The notes under the pieces are model-generated. The model was not told the origin of the DNA. It worked only from the letters and a program-made list of their open reading frames with translations, and ran no database searches. A program made the translations under genes and the position numbers. Shown in pieces: positions 8,521-18,289 of a DNA stretch of 51,079 bases (position 1 is the stretch's first letter; every line of letters begins with the position of its first letter). The DNA is from a virus (lineage: Duplodnaviria; Caudoviricetes), in IMG/VR virus record IMGVR_UViG_3300006893_000011, positions 1 to 51,079 of that record, one strand, 5' to 3'.

Positions 8521-9557
8521 CCAAGACCCTTCGCGATCCGATCTTCCTCGGGAGTCAGGAACTCGCAATACATCTCCGTGGTCTTAATGCTGGTATGCCC
8601 TAGCCGGCGTTGCAGGTCATAGATCGAGCGACCGTCTTTGAGCCAATGGACGGCATGCCAGTGGCGAAGGTCATGGAAGCGGAACAGCCTGAACTCGGCA
8701 TTGTTTTCCGCGGCCCACCTCTCGGCGCCGCGCACAATAGCAGCAAACTGGCTGGCGAAGTTTTTGTAGTTCTGGCCGTCAGAATGCCAGAAGATCAGCG
8801 GCGTGCTCGGGCTAGGCTGGAGTCCCATATAGAGCTTGTCGCCATTGAATGGCGCGAGATCAATGACCCGACGCTTGTTGCGCTTGCCAATCAGGTCCAT
8901 CTGGCGTCGACTCAGATCGACATGCTTGTGATAGGCTTGCAGTAATTCAGCTTCGCGGGCGCCGGTTGCCATGGCAAATCGCACCATATCGCCGATCATC
9001 CCAGGCGATCGTTTAACGACCAGATCAATGCTGTGCATATCTGGCAGTGCGATCGGATCGCGCCGCTCCTCGATCAGTCGCATCCTCGGCAGGACCGGAT
9101 TGATGTCGGCCCAGCCCTGCGCAATGCTGTAGTTGAACACCGATGAGAGTGCGACCATATCACGCTTGATAGTGGCGTTGGTTACTTTGTCCCCCCGCCT
9201 CGCCTTGATGATGCCGGCAATAAGCTTGCCATCGATCTCCGCGAGCGACTTGCCGGAGAGATAAGGTGTGAGCTGGCCGATCGAGCAGAGATACCGCTTT
9301 GCGGTCTTGGTACCCTTGTTCGGCTCCAGCCATTCTGTTGACCACTCCACGATCACGTCGTCGAATAGTTTTATGCCGTCGCCGCGTTTGATTGCTACGA
9401 GGCGTTCTTTTCCTTCCTTGCGACGCGCTGCTGCAACCTTTGGATCGTCTGTCTCAAGTGACCAGCGGATGAGCTTGCTCTTGATGCGAGTGCGGCCGTA
9501 GAGTGTATCTCCAATCCAGTAGCAGCCCGAAGGCGCCTTTGGCCGCTTGATAGGCAT
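8508..9557 (-). CDS. int: tyrosine integrase
   Basis: TGAR (R), GKRNK (K), FHDLRH (HxxR), LGHTSIKTTEMY (H, Y). Confidence 0.95.
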   Translation of the reverse strand: MPIKRPKAPSGCYWIGDTLYGRTRIKSKLIRWSLETDDPKVAAARRKEGKERLVAIKRGDGIKLFDDVIVEWSTEWLEPNKGTKTAKRYLCSIGQLTPYLSGKSLAEIDGKLIAGIIKARRGDKVTNATIKRDMVALSSVFNYSIAQGWADINPVLPRMRLIEERRDPIALPDMHSIDLVVKRSPGMIGDMVRFAMATGAREAELLQAYHKHVDLSRRQMDLIGKRNKRRVIDLAPFNGDKLYMGLQPSPSTPLIFWHSDGQNYKNFASQFAAIVRGAERWAAENNAEFRLFRFHDLRHWHAVHWLKDGRSIYDLQRRLGHTSIKTTEMYCEFLTPEEDRIAKGLGYQK

Positions 9558-9733
9558 GCCTTCTTCTCCTCGTCATCAACGAACTGCCGTAGCTTGGCTC
9601 TATCGAATGTCCAGGCACGCCCTAACTTAGCTGCGCCAGGTAGCATACTGCGGGCCGCCATGCGTTCTATTGTGCGTCGCGACAGGCCGAGTATAACTTC
9701 AGCCTCATCGATCTTCACGCGCTCCTTCATCAC
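9395..9733 (-). CDS. xis: excisionase-like HTH_17 protein
   Basis: EAEVILGLSRRTIERMAARSMLPGAAKLGRAWTF; immediately upstream of and overlapping int. Confidence 0.8.
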   Translation of the reverse strand: MMKERVKIDEAEVILGLSRRTIERMAARSMLPGAAKLGRAWTFDRAKLRQFVDDEEKKACLSSGQRRLRAATGLEIHSTAALASRASSSAGHLRQTIQRLQQRVARKEKNAS

Positions 9734-9980
9734 TCAATCCTGTGGTAGATTTCTTTTCTGTTTCTACTATCGCCGCCCACTCGGCGTCATCGTATCGTCC
9801 AGCCTTGATGGCTTGGATCGGCGACATGCCGTCGAGATCGTCGCAGGCGCTCAGCATCCATCTTATGGCCCTGGCAGAGCCAAGCCTTCCTCCTATATAA
9901 TCCAAAATACCCGCAGCCGCCATAGATGCGGGTAGAATAACAAACTTAGCCAAATTAATCTGTCCTCGCAAATTCACCAA
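9705..9980 (-). CDS. Xre/MbcA/ParS antitoxin C-terminal (DUF2384)-like protein
   Basis: GSARAIRWMLSACDDLDGMSPIQAIKAG resembles the A..W...P...L.G..P...L pattern; start uncertain (9923 possible). Confidence 0.5.
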   Translation of the reverse strand: MVNLRGQINLAKFVILPASMAAAGILDYIGGRLGSARAIRWMLSACDDLDGMSPIQAIKAGRYDDAEWAAIVETEKKSTTGLSDEGAREDR

Positions 9981-10204
9981 ATGCGGATTTAGCCGCGGCC
10001 TTATAAGCCTCCGAAGCCTCGATTGCTGTTTTGAAATACCCTTAAGTCAAGCCAGGATAGAAGTGTATCCAAGCGACCGCCAAGAGCAGGCCAAATACGG
10101 CACCTATTCCAATGGCTACGATCATTCGCGTTCACCTGTGTATCGTCAAAGATGATGAGTTATTGGCGTCGACTATATTTCTTCGAACTGCTGGCCCATG
10201 GCTC

Positions 10205-10702
10205 TCAACCCTCATGATCCTCATAAGCGCGACGCGCATTCTGGAGCTCTTCTCGCCCAATGTGGCCAAGGGCGGCGGATAGCGATAGGGCCTCTATGTT
10301 TCGCTGGAATGGTTCAAGCGCCGCCCGCAGCCGCTCAACCTCGGCTTGATGATATTCATTGTCCTTTAGGTGTACATGCTTTGATGCATCTAGCCCCAAC
10401 CTAAGGCTATCTATGTCGGCCCGCAGCCGGGCAAGCTCGGCGTCCATTGTCTCCATAATATTGCGATCAAAGTCGGCCGCCAGCAGTCGCATTTTCAATC
10501 GCGCGTCGATGCGGCAATTGTCAGACATCGCTATCCTCTGTGCACTTACCATTTCCATGTCCGCGGCTCGCAAGTTTTGACCGGATGATCTAGACCGTCC
10601 GCGCTGTGTATAGAATGATGGAAGCAATTCCAGCTTACTTCGTGATAGAATCAGCCCGGAACAGATGCCGAGCAAGAGCCAGATAATCGCGCGCTGCGTC
10701 AT
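10205..10702 (-). CDS. hypothetical coiled-coil protein
   Basis: AEVERLRAALEPF repeat-type segment common in phages; start uncertain. Confidence 0.45.
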   Translation of the reverse strand: MTQRAIIWLLLGICSGLILSRSKLELLPSFYTQRGRSRSSGQNLRAADMEMVSAQRIAMSDNCRIDARLKMRLLAADFDRNIMETMDAELARLRADIDSLRLGLDASKHVHLKDNEYHQAEVERLRAALEPFQRNIEALSLSAALGHIGREELQNARRAYEDHEG

Positions 10703-10890
10703 AGTTTATCCTCTGTGCTCAGTGCGATTGTTTCGTACTCTGTTTTTGCCCAGCGGGGGCTTTTCTTCCATACAACCTGAGCAAGCGCCCGAGCGGCTCG
10801 CCTATGATCATCTGAAAGCCACCATGACTACGGCAATGATTGCCGCACCGAGCGGCATCATTAGCAGAATTAAAAGTGCCAACTTTATTC

Positions 10891-11211
10891 TCATCTGTTG
10901 GGATCGCGTTGTTTGCGGGCCTCGGCCAGCGATTTCACCGCAGCCTTGTGGCGCCGTTCGTACTCCGGCAGAGCCTCATCCCACGCCTTTTGTAGCGGAT
11001 TTACCTTCAAATCAGCATGCCGCGCCACTTGGAATCCGCGCTTCCAAAGCCATGTCAGAAAGTGATCGACGGATGGTAAGTCCGACTTTCTTAGATTGAA
11101 GTATCGCTGCACCGCTTGGCGCGCCCCATTGCCTGGATTTGCCGGTCGCGGCTTAAATTTGTGAACGGTCGCCATCTTTTTGTTTGCCATTGTCTTATTC
11201 AATCCTTCCAT
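10891..11211 (-). CDS. phage hypothetical protein
   Basis: Directly downstream of rtcB and co-oriented. Confidence 0.55.
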   Translation of the reverse strand: MEGLNKTMANKKMATVHKFKPRPANPGNGARQAVQRYFNLRKSDLPSVDHFLTWLWKRGFQVARHADLKVNPLQKAWDEALPEYERRHKAAVKSLAEARKQRDPNR

Positions 11212-12536
11212 GGATCGAATTCGCCGTCACCGGCCATTGCGACCGCGAATGGCCGGAGCGTGTGCAGTACCTTCACGCTGCCCGCGTGCTCGCCCAGGAC
11301 TTCTGGCAGGCGTCGATATGCCATCGGACTTTCGTCAAGGTCAGCGCCGATTAGCGTGACGCCGCGGTCTTGCAGCCATTTGTCCATTTGCTCGCGCGTA
11401 AAACGGCGCTTGGCCTCCTTGCGACCGAACAGGCGCCCGGCGCCGTGGATGGTCGAATAGAGCGAAGCGCGCGCTTCTGGGCTATCGACGCCCTCGACGA
11501 TCACTGCATCATCGCCCATTGAGCCGCCGACAAAGCCACGCTGGCCGGGGAAGGCGGGAGTCGCGCCCTTGCGCACCACCCACAGATCGCGCCCGTCGTG
11601 CGTCTCGCGCCAAGCGTAGTTGTGGTGGTTATGCACCATGTCGGTAACGGTGCCGCCGATGATCTTGCGGACGCGCTCAATCACCCATTCTCGGCCGGCG
11701 TAGCTGTAACGACCGGCGAGATGCATCGCCGCGATATAGCGGCGTCCAAGTTCGCTGCCCTCGTCGATCACGGCAGGCGGGACGTTCATACCATCCTTGC
11801 CGCCGGCGGCCTTGAGGTAGCGCATCGCACTGGTGTGCCCTAATCCTCGACTACCGAAGTGAACGCCGATCCAGACAAAGCCGCCATCGTCGCGCATAAG
11901 GTCAACGTAGTGATTTCCGGAACCGACCGTGCCGAGTTGGCTCACCGCCTTCTGCCGGTAGGCTTCCATGTCGGATTCGCGCCAGGCATCGGCGTCTTCG
12001 AAAAGTTCTGCTTCTACTTGCTCCTCGTTGGTGCGGCCGACACCGAATGAAATCACCTTCGACACGTCGCGGATGATGTCGCCGAGTTGATCGTGAATGG
12101 CGGCAAAGGGAGTATCCAGGCGTACTGCCATATTGCCGCAGCCGATATCGAAGCCGACGCCGGAAATGCTGATTTGTTTCTCGTAGGCAATGACGCCACC
12201 TACCGGTTGTGCATAGCCGAGATGACCGTCAGCGCAGATGACACCGGCCACGACGTTGCCGACCGCCATGCAGTTTTTCATCTGCGCGATTGTGGCATCG
12301 TCGTGCTGGCCGAATATCTTGAGCGGGCTGTTCTGAAATTCTGGTGCTTGTGGTTTGATGGCGATTTGCGCTGCCGCGGCGGCCGCTTCGCGCGCCATAT
12401 GCTCGGCGCGGGCCGCGTCGCGATAGTCGGTCCACGCTGGTCGGCCGCGCCCCTCGCCGAGACGACTGTCAGGATCGATGTCGGACGCTTGGCATAGTTC
12501 GCGAGCGCGTACTTGATAAGGATCGTTACGCTGCAT
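11199..12536 (-). CDS. rtcB: RtcB family RNA 3'-phosphate/5'-OH ligase
   Basis: DGHLGY, PVGGV, VGFDIGCG, QLGTVGSGNHY, HFGSRGLG, HHN, RKGATPA, GSMG, STIHGAGR, DESPMAYR. Confidence 0.95.
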   Translation of the reverse strand: MQRNDPYQVRARELCQASDIDPDSRLGEGRGRPAWTDYRDAARAEHMAREAAAAAAQIAIKPQAPEFQNSPLKIFGQHDDATIAQMKNCMAVGNVVAGVICADGHLGYAQPVGGVIAYEKQISISGVGFDIGCGNMAVRLDTPFAAIHDQLGDIIRDVSKVISFGVGRTNEEQVEAELFEDADAWRESDMEAYRQKAVSQLGTVGSGNHYVDLMRDDGGFVWIGVHFGSRGLGHTSAMRYLKAAGGKDGMNVPPAVIDEGSELGRRYIAAMHLAGRYSYAGREWVIERVRKIIGGTVTDMVHNHHNYAWRETHDGRDLWVVRKGATPAFPGQRGFVGGSMGDDAVIVEGVDSPEARASLYSTIHGAGRLFGRKEAKRRFTREQMDKWLQDRGVTLIGADLDESPMAYRRLPEVLGEHAGSVKVLHTLRPFAVAMAGDGEFDPWKD

Positions 12537-13068
12537 TCGCGATACCTTCTATTAACGTCAAACAGACAGTCAATTGTTCTTTCGCGTCGCAAACCAATTT
12601 CGGATCGCCTCTCTCAAGCACCTCCAGAAGGAGTCGCTTTTCTTCAAGATAGACTTTCGCGAATCCAGGATCATACCTAACGATCGAAGCTGTATTGTCG
12701 ATCAAATCTGCAAGCTTGATGGTCTGCGCTTCTGCCGGCGCCTTGGCGATATGATCGCGGTCTATCGCCTTGCGGTCTGAGCGATTGCCGTCATTCGGCT
12801 TCGAGACGTCAGTCAGCCAGCCCACCAATGATGCTACCTTGCGGCCGAAAATTTCATTGATGTCACGGAGTGTGACGGCCGTATCCTCGACCACATCGTG
12901 GAGGATGGCTGCGGCCAGCATCCCGGCGGTGTGCTCAACGGACGCGACGATCTTGGCCACAGCCATCGGATGTACGATGTACGGCTCGCCCGTGTACTTG
13001 CGCCGCTGATCGATTGCACCATGCGCCGCGGTCGCAAATATCCGCGCGTGTGTAACGAGATCGCTCAT
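12526..13068 (-). CDS. RelA/SpoT-type HD hydrolase (small alarmone hydrolase, Mesh1-like)
   Basis: AH..QRRKYTGEPYIVHP, AAILHDVVEDT, LTD and IKLADLIDN; no synthetase domain. Confidence 0.9.
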   Translation of the reverse strand: MSDLVTHARIFATAAHGAIDQRRKYTGEPYIVHPMAVAKIVASVEHTAGMLAAAILHDVVEDTAVTLRDINEIFGRKVASLVGWLTDVSKPNDGNRSDRKAIDRDHIAKAPAEAQTIKLADLIDNTASIVRYDPGFAKVYLEEKRLLLEVLERGDPKLVCDAKEQLTVCLTLIEGIANAA

Positions 13069-13535
13069 GCCGCCTTCTCTAATGGAATGGAGGGCCGGGA
13101 GTCAAACGACGGAGCGAGCGTGTCTGCAACCGGCCCTCCATGTTGCTGGCGAGCTATCACCTCGGCCAACAATTGCTTGATCTTGTCGTCGTACTTGCGT
13201 CGCGCGCACATTACCGTGGTGTGGTCGCGCTCATAGAAGCTGGCGATGAAACACAGCGAGCGATCGCATACGGCATAGGATAGCGCCATCGCGAATTGTC
13301 GCGGCACTACCCATTCAATTTGTTTCGACCGCGCCATCAACTGTTCCTTGGTCAGGCCGAAAGAGATAGCCACCAGTTTGCGGATTTCCTTGACCTTCGG
13401 CGGCTCGCCGCGCGGGATGCCGGCCATCGTATTGAGCGAGGCAACAACAAGACGCATCGCGGCCTGGTGATGTTCATCACGCAGCGCCTTGCTGCGACCA
13501 CGCCATCGGCGGTTACGGATGGCGGTCGGCGTCAT
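13065..13535 (-). CDS. stand-alone DnaA domain IV (C-terminal HTH) protein
   Basis: IRKLVAISFGL...PRQFAMAL...SL..IASFYERDHTTV matches the DnaA domain IV signature RDHTTV. Confidence 0.8.
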   Translation of the reverse strand: MTPTAIRNRRWRGRSKALRDEHHQAAMRLVVASLNTMAGIPRGEPPKVKEIRKLVAISFGLTKEQLMARSKQIEWVVPRQFAMALSYAVCDRSLCFIASFYERDHTTVMCARRKYDDKIKQLLAEVIARQQHGGPVADTLAPSFDSRPSIPLEKAA

Positions 13536-13741
13536 GCCCACTCCAGCTTCGGCGCCGGATATAACTTCTCCAGCTCCTCTATAGTAAACAAGCGGAATTC
13601 CCTGTCGGTAATCGGATAATAGACGATGATCGCGGCCTTGCGAGACGCATAAGTCAGGTCTAAATCGGACCATTTCTGTGCTTGGGGTCCACGCAATCCT
13701 CGCACCCAGACGAAATGCGGGCTATCTGCTATAGTGCTCAT
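13532..13741 (-). CDS. phage hypothetical protein
   Basis: ATGA-coupled on both sides. Confidence 0.6.
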   Translation of the reverse strand: MSTIADSPHFVWVRGLRGPQAQKWSDLDLTYASRKAAIIVYYPITDREFRLFTIEELEKLYPAPKLEWA

Positions 13742-14676
13742 GCCGCTTTCTCTAACGGTTGCGTAGCAAGCAATTCGGCTTTGCGCTCAGAGCAAGCAGC
13801 TACGATTTTTGCGTATTCTGGCGTACCAAGACTGACGCGATAACGTTCGCGATTTGCTTTTTCCTCATCTGAATTGAGCCATTTCCTTAGATCGTCAACT
13901 GTGCGCGCCTCTTTCGCAATCTTAACCGCCAATCCCACATAGGCATCTCGTGTTTCCTTTTCGATTCGCAGCCTTTCTGAGATAGCAGCGTTAGCTTCCG
14001 CGGATCGATGGTCTAATTCGTGTTTAGCGTTCCAAACAAGGTCTGGGTCCATGTCTTTTTGATCCCGTACCCACTGGAGGTAATCGACCGGCAACTCGTC
14101 CCACTTCTTACCGCGATGCTTTCCAAACGTGACGTGCGGAAGAAGCGGCGGCTCACCGAACCACCCGATCATGTCCTCAACGGAGGCGTATTTAAGTAGC
14201 TCAGCGAAGATGCGAGCGGTAACATGGCAGTCTGGAAGCGCGCGATGGGGCGGCATTGCCTCGCCCCCGAACGCTAGTCCGAGCCAATAACGAAGGAACT
14301 GGTTTGAGTAACCTTCGGCTTGTGGCCATATCCGCAGCGCGGCCTTGTAGGAACATGCCCAAGTGGCGCCAGGAAGAAATGGAGCAAGGAAAGCTGATTC
14401 AAATTTTGCGTTATGAGCGACGTAAACCCTACCGGTCTGGTCACCAAGAATTTCCGGTACAATATCGCGGGCCATCGGCGCCGCAGCCACATCCGCATCG
14501 ACAAGATGATGAATTGCTGATGATGCTGCGGGTATTGAGTGTGGCGGCCTGATGAGCGACGATCTCGGTAAACAGATCGCGCCGTCGATTAGGTCGATGG
14601 CGGCAATCTCAACGATCGCGTGCTCATTGGGATCGATGCCCGTAGTCTCGATGTCTATAATAGATAAGATCGTCAT
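13738..14676 (-). CDS. DEDDh 3'-5' exonuclease (exodeoxyribonuclease X-like)
   Basis: DIETTG, VAHNAKFE, HRALPD and the FGKHRGK..YLQW subdomain. Confidence 0.9.
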   Translation of the reverse strand: MTILSIIDIETTGIDPNEHAIVEIAAIDLIDGAICLPRSSLIRPPHSIPAASSAIHHLVDADVAAAPMARDIVPEILGDQTGRVYVAHNAKFESAFLAPFLPGATWACSYKAALRIWPQAEGYSNQFLRYWLGLAFGGEAMPPHRALPDCHVTARIFAELLKYASVEDMIGWFGEPPLLPHVTFGKHRGKKWDELPVDYLQWVRDQKDMDPDLVWNAKHELDHRSAEANAAISERLRIEKETRDAYVGLAVKIAKEARTVDDLRKWLNSDEEKANRERYRVSLGTPEYAKIVAACSERKAELLATQPLEKAA

Positions 14677-14832
14677 GATGCATCGAATTCCAATGCGACT
14701 TCCGGAGCGACGCCGCGCTTGAGTCGGTAGACGGTTGCCCAAGCAAGAAAGATCAGCATGCCACCGACTGCGGCTGCGGCGTAGAGTGCAAGTCGAAACA
14801 GAACCCAGCGGATGACGCGCTTGAACATGCTC

Positions 14833-15486
14833 TCATGAGACCCGCAGTGGCATTAGACATTCGGCGTGCCGCGCTTCTATGTACTTAATAACAGCAATCA
14901 TAGCATTGGCTGACATCTCGCGATATTTTATGCCAAGCTTTCTACGCCATTGGGCTGCTGTTAGATTATCGTTTCCTATTTGTATTTTTATAGAAACTGA
15001 CGTGTTGTTGGCCTGCTCTAGGTATGTCGCCCATCTACAATTTTTTGGACAATATCCAAGGTCATTATTGATTCTTTCAACCGAATGTCTTTTGGATGGT
15101 CTTGGACCTAAATCTCTCATAAAGGCGCCAAAATCATTCCTCCAGCCATCGAAAATTGTAATTCCTCTCCCGCCATATCGGTTATAGGCACTATGATTTG
15201 GATTTGTGCATCGCTGAATTATACCCGCCCAGATAGAATACTCTGGCGTTGCTTTAAGCTTGGGCGCGCCGCCGTGCTTGATCCGCAAAGTTGGGGCTGT
15301 TCTTCTTAGACATCCGCATGATTTTGTTTGTCCACCAAGAAGCCGGTGCTGAATAACAGCTATTTCTTCTCCACAGATACATTCACATCGCCAGTATTTT
15401 GCGTAATTGCATTTAACGCTATCAAAGGCGGCGACAGTCAGATTGCCGAATGTTCGACCTACCAAAAAATTGCATGATGGCATCAT
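14833..15486 (-). CDS. HNH-like homing endonuclease-related protein
   Basis: WRCECICG, TKSCGC, EYSIW..IIQRC, YGGRGI, ERINNDLGYCPKNCRWAT; visibly more AT-rich than its neighbours. Confidence 0.75.
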   Translation of the reverse strand: MMPSCNFLVGRTFGNLTVAAFDSVKCNYAKYWRCECICGEEIAVIQHRLLGGQTKSCGCLRRTAPTLRIKHGGAPKLKATPEYSIWAGIIQRCTNPNHSAYNRYGGRGITIFDGWRNDFGAFMRDLGPRPSKRHSVERINNDLGYCPKNCRWATYLEQANNTSVSIKIQIGNDNLTAAQWRRKLGIKYREMSANAMIAVIKYIEARHAECLMPLRVS

Positions 15487-15488
15487 TT

Positions 15489-16589
15489 TTATATTCTCAT
15501 CGACATTATGATTGCAATCCAGGATTCATCCCCCGGCTTCTGAAACAATGCCGGACTGGTCGCATCGCCGATCTTGATCTGAATTTGCTCGCCGCCGACA
15601 TTGGCAAGTACGTCCGCAAGATATCGCGCGTTCAATCCGATCTCGGCTTCGGAGTCACATTCCGCTTCTACTTCATCGCTGGCGGAGCCGCCGTTGCTAT
15701 TTGCGCTAAGCTTGATGGAGTTTGGTGTCAGCTTGAGAAGTAACCCAGGCCGCTCTTTTGTTCGAACTACGCCAACGCGATTTGCGGCATCGTCAAGCGC
15801 CTCGGTGTCGACGATCGCAGCCTTGTCGTTGTTGCCAGGAATGACCTTCGTGTAATCCGGGAATCCTCCGGCGATTAAGCGCGACCGCAGCGTGACGTTA
15901 TCGATCGCGAACTCGATGGCCTTGTCAGATACGGTTATCTGGACGTAGCCAGCGCGACCCTTGAGTAATTTGATTGCTTCCGTCACCGCACCGTGCGGGA
16001 TGATTACTGCCGGCATATTCGTTGCGGCAGTCGGGAGATCGGTTCTACTCACGGCCAGGCGATGGCCATCGGTCGCGACCGCATAAAGGAATACGTAGTC
16101 GTGGTGCAGATAAATGCCACGAAGGAACTGTCTCGGGTCTTCCTTGTCGACCGCGAATAGGGTGCCATCAAGCAAGGTCAGGAGTTCAGCAGCACCGAGG
16201 CTGAATGAGCAATCAGCAGCTGGCGAGCTATTGAAGGCCGGAAAATCCTTGCTCGGTAAGATCGGCAACGAGACCTTCGTCTTGCCGCTGCACACGGCAA
16301 CGGAATGGCCGTCGTCCCATGCGAGGCTGACTCTGGCGTCAAGCGGAAGTTTTCTGATCGTCGTTTCAAAGGCTTTGCCGTTGACGCAGACCTCGCCATT
16401 GGCGGCAACAAGTGCCTGAATGATAGTAGCCACACTACGATCAAGATCGGTCCCGCGCACTGTCACGTCATCGTCTTTGGCGATGATCAGGATATGCGAT
16501 AAGATAGGGATGCTGCTGCGCTCGGCAAGAACGCCACACGCAGCGCTTACCGCGGCCCGTAAATCGCGGGATGTGGCTTCAAACTTCAA
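15489..16589 (-). CDS. dnaN: DNA polymerase III beta subunit (sliding clamp)
   Basis: IPILSHIL, GTDLD, VATDGHRLA, VIIP, SRLIAGGFPDY, IGLNARYL, IMSMRI; TTG start at 16589 after GGAG gives 366 aa. Confidence 0.92.
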   Translation of the reverse strand: MKFEATSRDLRAAVSAACGVLAERSSIPILSHILIIAKDDDVTVRGTDLDRSVATIIQALVAANGEVCVNGKAFETTIRKLPLDARVSLAWDDGHSVAVCSGKTKVSLPILPSKDFPAFNSSPAADCSFSLGAAELLTLLDGTLFAVDKEDPRQFLRGIYLHHDYVFLYAVATDGHRLAVSRTDLPTAATNMPAVIIPHGAVTEAIKLLKGRAGYVQITVSDKAIEFAIDNVTLRSRLIAGGFPDYTKVIPGNNDKAAIVDTEALDDAANRVGVVRTKERPGLLLKLTPNSIKLSANSNGGSASDEVEAECDSEAEIGLNARYLADVLANVGGEQIQIKIGDATSPALFQKPGDESWIAIIMSMRI

Positions 16590-16650
16590 CGTTGGCTCCG
16601 CTGTGGTAGGTCTTCTTTGATTCTTATAGTACCCGTAGATACCCGCACCG

Positions 16651-17181
16651 TCAAGCGGTATTTCTGCGCACCTTATTCGACCGCATCGGCCGATGCTGCT
16701 TCGAGAATCCTCGGCTCTGCATCTTCTGCCGCGGACGTTCGCGTTTATTCCCGGCGCCACCAAGCAGTCGCGAGATCGCCTGTGGATCACCGCGTTTGGC
16801 CATCATGCGCTCATGGTGCGACGCCTGTCTATTCTTGATCTTGCGTGTTCGTTTGGCCTCACCAATGTCGGACCCGCGTGTAGTTGCTGCGCGCTCGGCG
16901 CCGGCAACGCGGCCGGTCGTTTTTTCCAGGTGATCTGCCTTCAACCGCGCAACGATGAATGCTGGATCATTCTGCGCCGGTATAAAATCTCCGACCTCCA
17001 AACTATATGGCCTATTCAAAAGCCCAGGATCGTGATCATATTGCAGGTCGGTTGCGCTGATTTCCTTATCCCATACCCACATCTCTCCGCGCCGGATGGC
17101 ATCAAGGACAACCTGGACCTTGACGCTATCTGGAATAGCTTTGCGGAATTCGCTAACACGAAATGATCCCGGCTCTAACAT
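16651..17181 (-). CDS. HNH-like phage protein
   Basis: QYDHDPGL...H..KT...DI..AKR..R pattern. Confidence 0.5.
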   Translation of the reverse strand: MLEPGSFRVSEFRKAIPDSVKVQVVLDAIRRGEMWVWDKEISATDLQYDHDPGLLNRPYSLEVGDFIPAQNDPAFIVARLKADHLEKTTGRVAGAERAATTRGSDIGEAKRTRKIKNRQASHHERMMAKRGDPQAISRLLGGAGNKRERPRQKMQSRGFSKQHRPMRSNKVRRNTA

Positions 17182-17444
17182 GGTAACGGATAATACTCGA
17201 TGATATCCTTGATCAAAGCGCTTATCCGTTTCGGCTGTTCAGGGAGGCATGGTTGTCCTGAGAAGCCAAGGTCGCAGCACTGTTTCAATAGCCTCCAATC
17301 TTCAATTGGTATCGTGGTTATTAGCTCGGAGAGCCCACGGCTGCGACCGAGAGCGAGCGCTTTATTCTCAAGAGCGTTCTTCTCGTCCGTGGTTAAAATG
17401 ACGACATTTGAAGAAATGTTATTCATTTTATTTTCCTCATTCAT
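17175..17444 (-). CDS. phage hypothetical protein
   Basis: Co-oriented in the operon. Confidence 0.5.
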   Translation of the reverse strand: MNEENKMNNISSNVVILTTDEKNALENKALALGRSRGLSELITTIPIEDWRLLKQCCDLGFSGQPCLPEQPKRISALIKDIIEYYPLPC

Positions 17445-17482
17445 TTGTTCAAGCTATCGCGAAGTCGATCGGCGGTAAGCAT

Positions 17483-18289
17483 TTAGGCTGCCTCTAGAAA
17501 GGCTTCCGACGAGGCAATGGCGCGTTTCCGAGCCGATACATGCATGTATTTGGTGGTCTCATCCTTCTTGATGCGCCCCTTGACTGCGGTCACTAGCCAT
17601 TCGCGGTCGATGTCTCCTTCCAGCGCGAGCATGACCTTGCCGGCGAACCAGTCGACCAGTCGCTCGTTATGGCGCGCGTCATAGGCACGAGCCGTATGCT
17701 CGGCGATCAGGCGATCGAGTACAATCAACGCTTTGGTCTCCTGCGCGGCGATGGCTTTCTTCTTGCCGCGATCTGACCGTTCCTCCTGGCAGGTCCGTTC
17801 CTCCGATATGCCCATTCGAATCGACAGCTTCTCCATCAGCGATGTCGTTTTCCAGTTCTTTGGATTGGCAGATGGCTGACGGAAGCCGTTGCCGTTCGGT
17901 GTCGCGTGCGCCAGGGCCAGCGCGTGGGTGAAGAATTCCTCATCGGTGAGCTTGCGACCGACGACTAGGACCAGCGGCTCCGCTTGTTTTGCCTGTCGCG
18001 GCGGCTTCTCCGATTCAACCACGGTTCTTATCTTGATATCGACGCGATGGACCAGTTTGGCGGGAATGCTCCCGGCATTCACTTCCAGCGTCAAATCTTT
18101 GGAATTTCGAATAACGGAATAGGTTTGCGGCCAGTCACGTATAGCCTCAGCGCGCGCTGCCGCGTTCTTGAAATGCGCAACGCTAACGTCAGAAACGCGG
18201 TCAAGCTTAAGCTTACGCCGTTTTTTTTCTTTCGGACCATTTGCCTTCAGAGCTGTGATTTCGGCTTTGCGTTGCTTTGCTTGACCCAT
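17483..18289 (-). CDS. hypothetical basic protein
   Basis: MGQAKQRK start, RBS and CCTACCACA motif upstream. Confidence 0.65.
   Translation of the reverse strand: MGQAKQRKAEITALKANGPKEKKRRKLKLDRVSDVSVAHFKNAAARAEAIRDWPQTYSVIRNSKDLTLEVNAGSIPAKLVHRVDIKIRTVVESEKPPRQAKQAEPLVLVVGRKLTDEEFFTHALALAHATPNGNGFRQPSANPKNWKTTSLMEKLSIRMGISEERTCQEERSDRGKKKAIAAQETKALIVLDRLIAEHTARAYDARHNERLVDWFAGKVMLALEGDIDREWLVTAVKGRIKKDETTKYMHVSARKRAIASSEAFLEAA

Noticed and set aside
8375-12536. RtcB splicing the tRNA 5' half to a separate 3' half (split tRNA)
   Set aside because: No matching Ser 3' half in the window (the 45547 fragment has a different acceptor stem); attP next to the integrase explains the fragment more simply.
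16590-16790. 67-aa N-terminal extension of DnaN
   Set aside because: A TTG start at 16589 with GGAG RBS gives normal clamp length; the extension overlaps the upstream gene.
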